From Dicyema japonicum (Eukaryota > Animalia > Dicyemida), in the NCBI GenBank assembly GCA_011109175.1, contig RDEW01000021.1:383080-447079 (forward strand): a DNA stretch of 64,000 nt, written 5' to 3'. The translations under genes and the position numbers were made by a program. Position 1 is the stretch's first letter. The number at the start of each line of letters is the position of its first letter. The notes beneath the pieces were generated by a model, which saw only the letters and a program-made list of their open reading frames with translations, was not told the DNA's origin and made no database searches. Shown here one piece after another: positions 63,705 through 64,000 of this stretch.

Positions 63705-64000
63705 CAGGGGTTCTCAACCTGGGGTCGATTCGACCCCCAGGGGTCTAAAATCAATCCATATCGATCGTAAGGGGGTCGAAAATGAAATATTTGGGGGTCG
63801 AAAATAAATTTAATATATTTAATCGTTTTCAATTTAAATTAAGTTAGTTTATTTTTAAAGTGGAAAACCTTTGTTCTTTAAAATTTTTAAAATTACCATG
63901 CTTGTTTTTGTTTGTGTATGATTCGTCCTTCTACATTAAAAATTCGTCAATATAAAAATGAATATTTGGCATTTGGATTTATAAAATTTTTTTTAAATAG
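63705..64000 (+). mobile_element. hAT (SPIN/Charlie-like) left end
   Basis: TIR CAGGGGTTCTCAACCTGGGGTCG, subterminal GGGGTCGA repeats (63721, 63773, 63794), preceded by ATCTAAAC. Confidence 0.75.

Noticed and set aside
1-64000. Ciliate-type or other alternative genetic code as the cause of ORF fragmentation
   Set aside because: Removing GT-AG micro-introns restores full frames, and TAA, TAG and TGA are each used as terminators; the TTG/GTG starts in the ORF track are not meaningful here.

Overview
AT-rich eukaryotic (animal) genomic DNA with a standard genetic code. It carries about ten compact protein-coding genes broken by 21-29 nt GT-AG micro-introns, which explains why the ORF track is fragmented. 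Genes recognised: the 3' part of a spectraplakin (MACF1/shot-like), a divergent CSL/RBPJ, KICS2 (C12orf66), Sds22/PPP1R7, CDK5RAP3, RPL22, a DNAJA co-chaperone, ROPN1L, an atypical ARL8-like GTPase and a DCST1/2-like fertilisation gene. There is also one tRNA-Asn(GTT) and two myosin regulatory light chain-like relics. Micro-introns plus metazoan, ciliary and sperm genes suggest a dicyemid-like mesozoan (inference). Intergenic DNA is mostly transposon debris: several APE-LINE families sharing a covarying 3' stem-loop, RTE LINEs, CRE-like RLE retroelements with clear TSDs (one 5'-inverted), a possible Penelope remnant, and hAT, pogo/Tc1, MULE and integrase relics. Many 85-420 bp local tandem duplications, often joined by a single N, look like unmerged alleles in the assembly. 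All family assignments come from recalled motif similarity; no searches were run, and element boundaries without TIR/TSD evidence are approximate.
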